The notes under the pieces were generated by a model. It was not told the origin of the DNA. It did not search any database and saw nothing but the letters and a program-made list of their open reading frames with translations. The position numbers were made by a program, and so were the translations under genes. This document shows positions 62,201 to 64,000 of a DNA stretch of 64,000 nt, piece after piece. The DNA is from Rozella allomycis CSF55 (taxonomy: Eukaryota): assembly GCA_000442015.1 (NCBI GenBank), contig KE561154.1, positions 1 to 64,000 of the forward strand, read 5' to 3'. How positions within the stretch are numbered: position 1 is the first letter of the stretch; each line of letters begins with the position of its first letter.

Positions 62201-64000
62201 CATTTTTAACTTTGAGATTTTCATTCTCATCTCTAAGAGAATCATAATCATCTTTAAGGGATTCATAGTCACTGTCAAGTTGATCATATTTAGATTTATA
62301 TTCTTCAATTGTATTTTCATAAACATTTTTTTCTTTATCAAATTTCTCTTTAATATTTTCATTATTTTCTAATTCAGATTGTAGATGATTATTTTCAGTC
62401 TTCAAAAGATTAATTAAACCTTCAAATTCATCAATTTTAATTTTTAAATCTTCAACGTAGAAAGAATTTAAAGAAGCTTCTTGAATTTTCTCATTAATTT
62501 TTTCAATTTGGAAATTTAGAGAATCTAAATCACAATCTGGGTTTATTTCTTTTAATAGATTTGAAAGTGAATCTAGAATTAATTCATCTTTAATAAATTT
62601 ATTTATTTTATTTTTTATTTCTTCTTGATTCTCTTCCTTTTCTTTTAATTCATTCTTCAAATTCAATTCATTTTCTTTTAGTAAATCTATTTCATCTTTT
62701 AATGAATTTATTTCAACTTTAAAGAATTCTATTTCATCTTGCAATCCTTTTAATTCATTCAATTCAATCATTGTTTTATCAAACCTATCAGCCAATTCAA
62801 TCAATTCTGCTTTGTTAGTGTTTAATTCTGAATCTTTAGCATTCAACTCTACATCTTTATCTTTCAACTCACTTTCTTTAGCGTTTAACTCACTTTCTTT
62901 AACATGTAGTTTCGATTCTAATTCATTAATAATTTCTTCTTTAATCTTTAATGATTCATTTAAAGCTTCATTAGCTCTTTCATGTTTAACTAACTCTTTA
63001 CTTAAATTATCAATACTCGTTTCTTTAATTTGAATTTTAGCTTTAATTTCAACCAATTCTTCATTCAAAATAAAAATTTGTTTTTCATTCTCATTAATTT
63101 CTTCTCGCAAACTTTTTCTCAAATTCTTTATTTCTTCTTTCAATTCCAAATTTTCTGCATTCATCTCATCAATAACTTGATCCTTGTATTTTATTGTTTC
63201 AAGATTAGAGATATCTTCTTTCAACTTGTCATTCATTTCTTCAATTGTTGAAACTTCATTTAGAAGAGAAGAAACTTTTTCTTTCAAAGTTGAAACTTCA
63301 ATTCTTAATTTATTGTTAGATTCTTCTTTATCTCTTAACTTACTCGCAAGGTCTTCATTGGTCAACTTAGTTGATTCTATTTCTTTTATTAATTCTTCAC
63401 TTTTAACTTTTTCATTATTTAATTCATTCTTCAATTCTGAAATCATTTCATTCTTTCTATTCAATTCTTCTTCATTCATTTTATCAGATTTAATCAACTC
63501 TGTAACCCTTTCTCTCTCCTTTTCAATTAATTCATTCAACTCTTTATTCTTTGCTATTTCAACGTTAATTGCTTCATTCAATTCAGCAATAGTAGCTTCA
63601 TGTAACTTCATAGCTTCTTCATTCTCCTCTCTCTCTACTCTAATCATTTCGTTCAATCTATTATTTTCTAAATTGATTTGGTTCAACTGTTGGAGAAATT
63701 CTTCAGCTCTTAATTTCTCTTTTTCAAGACATTCATCAAGCTCCACAATCTTCATTTGTTGTTCTTTATAACTCCCTTCCATGTTTGATTGATCAGATTT
63801 GATTAATTCACTCAATTCTTTATTCTTTCTCTGTTCTTCTTTAATCCTTTCATTCAATTGTTCATTCTTCAATCTCCCTTCTTCCACAAGCTGTTCAATG
63901 TTTATCTTTTCAGTTCTAACCTTTTCAATCAATTCTTCATTCTTTAATTTCATTTCTTCTAATAAATTTTCATTCTTTAATCTCTCCTCTTCCACTATCT
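59298..64000 (-). CDS. Pericentrin/Pcp1-like giant coiled-coil protein with a C-terminal PACT domain (5' end outside the window)
   Basis: SKFHREAGFRADLIYQKKLLVLLLGG and KFRKCAVAVLAVCRIRY...KW match the PACT pattern; more than 1400 aa of heptads precede them. Confidence 0.85.
61850..62280 (-). repeat. 21-nt coding tandem repeats (heptads E[YN]ESL[KR]x)
   Basis: Repeated gattcatattcaactttga-like units inside the PACT gene. Confidence 0.75.

Noticed and set aside
60072-63771. Plus-strand ORFs and periodic repeats that might suggest an array
   Set aside because: Shadows of the PACT gene. The 21-nt periodicity encodes heptads and has no unique spacers, so it is not CRISPR.

Overview
AT-rich, very gene-dense eukaryotic DNA. 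Genes are broken by tiny (about 25-35 nt) GT-AG introns, and intergenic gaps are often under 100 bp. The gene content combines fungal-type regulators (APSES/ankyrin SBF-like factor, HAP2) with flagellar or centrosomal genes (KATNAL2, CM1 and PACT scaffolds) and a Crinkler-type nuclease. This points to an early-diverging zoosporic fungus or relative (Rozella-like); the taxon is an inference. The window holds about 35 protein genes, two tRNAs (Thr-CGT, Ala-TGC), a decayed Ty3/Gypsy integrase at the left end, and a roughly 2.9 kb Crinkler-nuclease insert between two copies of the PIH1 5' region. The most notable observations are: (1) a multi-exon gene that, once spliced, carries the motifs of the sperm CatSper channel auxiliary subunit epsilon/delta; (2) two paralogous bacterial-style TM-dCache-TM-HAMP sensors with no output domain; (3) a signal-peptide + LEA-like + Hsp20 fusion; and (4) three adjacent secreted-looking orphans, each with a CACGTG box just upstream of the ATG. 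All family assignments come from motifs recognised by eye; no database searches were run.
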